Positions 63,901 to 64,000 of a DNA stretch of 64,000 nucleotides are shown one piece after another. The notes beneath the pieces were generated by a model. It worked only from the letters and a program-made list of their open reading frames with translations, made no database searches and was not told where the DNA came from. This DNA comes from Nageia nagi (lineage: Eukaryota > Plantae > Pinophyta), in contig JBITNC010000001.1 of the NCBI GenBank assembly GCA_050084985.1, positions 2,170,001 to 2,234,000 on the forward strand. Reading direction: 5' to 3'. The stretch's first letter is position 1. Every line of letters begins with the position of its first letter. Position numbers and translations under genes: made by a program.

Positions 63901-64000
63901 AGTCTGCTCCTTGCCCTTGGCGCATGCTCAAAAAGACAAGATTTTGTCTTTTACCAATCGCATGATTCAAAAAGACAACATTTTGTCTTTTGAAATCATG
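57950..64000 (-). mobile_element. Non-autonomous Athila/Tat-like element: 5' LTR 61461->64000, tRNA-Asn PBS, decayed ORF with two protease-like domains and acidic tail
   Basis: PBS reverse complement CCCTCCTTCTAGCACCA at 61439-61455. Minus ORF remnants are homologous to 11010-16100(+). No RT/RH/INT seen. Confidence 0.75.
63110..64000. repeat. About eight ~45-bp palindromes centred on AAAAGACAA-GATT-TTGTCTTTT
   Basis: Copies near 63127, 63342, 63414, 63559, 63702, 63817, 63929 and 63968, with outer arms GCGCATG...CATGCGC. Confidence 0.85.

Noticed and set aside
63110-64000. CRISPR-like palindromic array
   Set aside because: Repeats are degenerate, irregularly spaced and lie inside an LTR. 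Spacers are mutually similar.
46194-64000. Further NEDD1 exons
   Set aside because: No segment with NEDD1 C-terminal motifs and splice sites was recognised. A small divergent exon could have been missed.

Overview
Eukaryotic, repeat-rich plant DNA, most likely from a large-genome gymnosperm/conifer (inferred from the giant introns and retroelement types). The only host gene is a + strand NEDD1/GCP-WD (WD40 gamma-tubulin ring complex targeting factor). Five internal coding exons lie in the window (5167-5424, 5659-5763, 6514-6579, 6902-7123, 45618-46193). One intron is 38.5 kb, and the first and last exons are outside the window. The introns are filled with nested retrotransposons: a young Ty1/copia (28402-37112, LTRs with 2 differences in 489 bp, TSD AACAC) inside the 5' LTR of a gag-protease-only gypsy element (~16122-37895, minus), several solo LTRs with TSDs, two non-autonomous tRNA-Asn-primed Athila/Tat-like elements, a LINE remnant and a Mutator-like MITE. 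The most unusual structure is a group of very long LTRs with one shared plan: conserved 5' motif, array of ~45-50 bp palindromes, variable slot, promoter, conserved U5 end. The slot holds a ~3.4-kb plant-transposon-protein ORF in one lineage (18727-25160) and a mosaic of decayed host-gene pieces (PLS-class PPR, paladin-like) in another (38318-43969 and 1-3860). The unrelated copia also carries PPR-like remnants in its GC-rich leader. Its 3' UTR holds five covarying hairpins, each overlapping a consensus 5' splice site. All homology calls are by eye from motif recognition; no database search was run.
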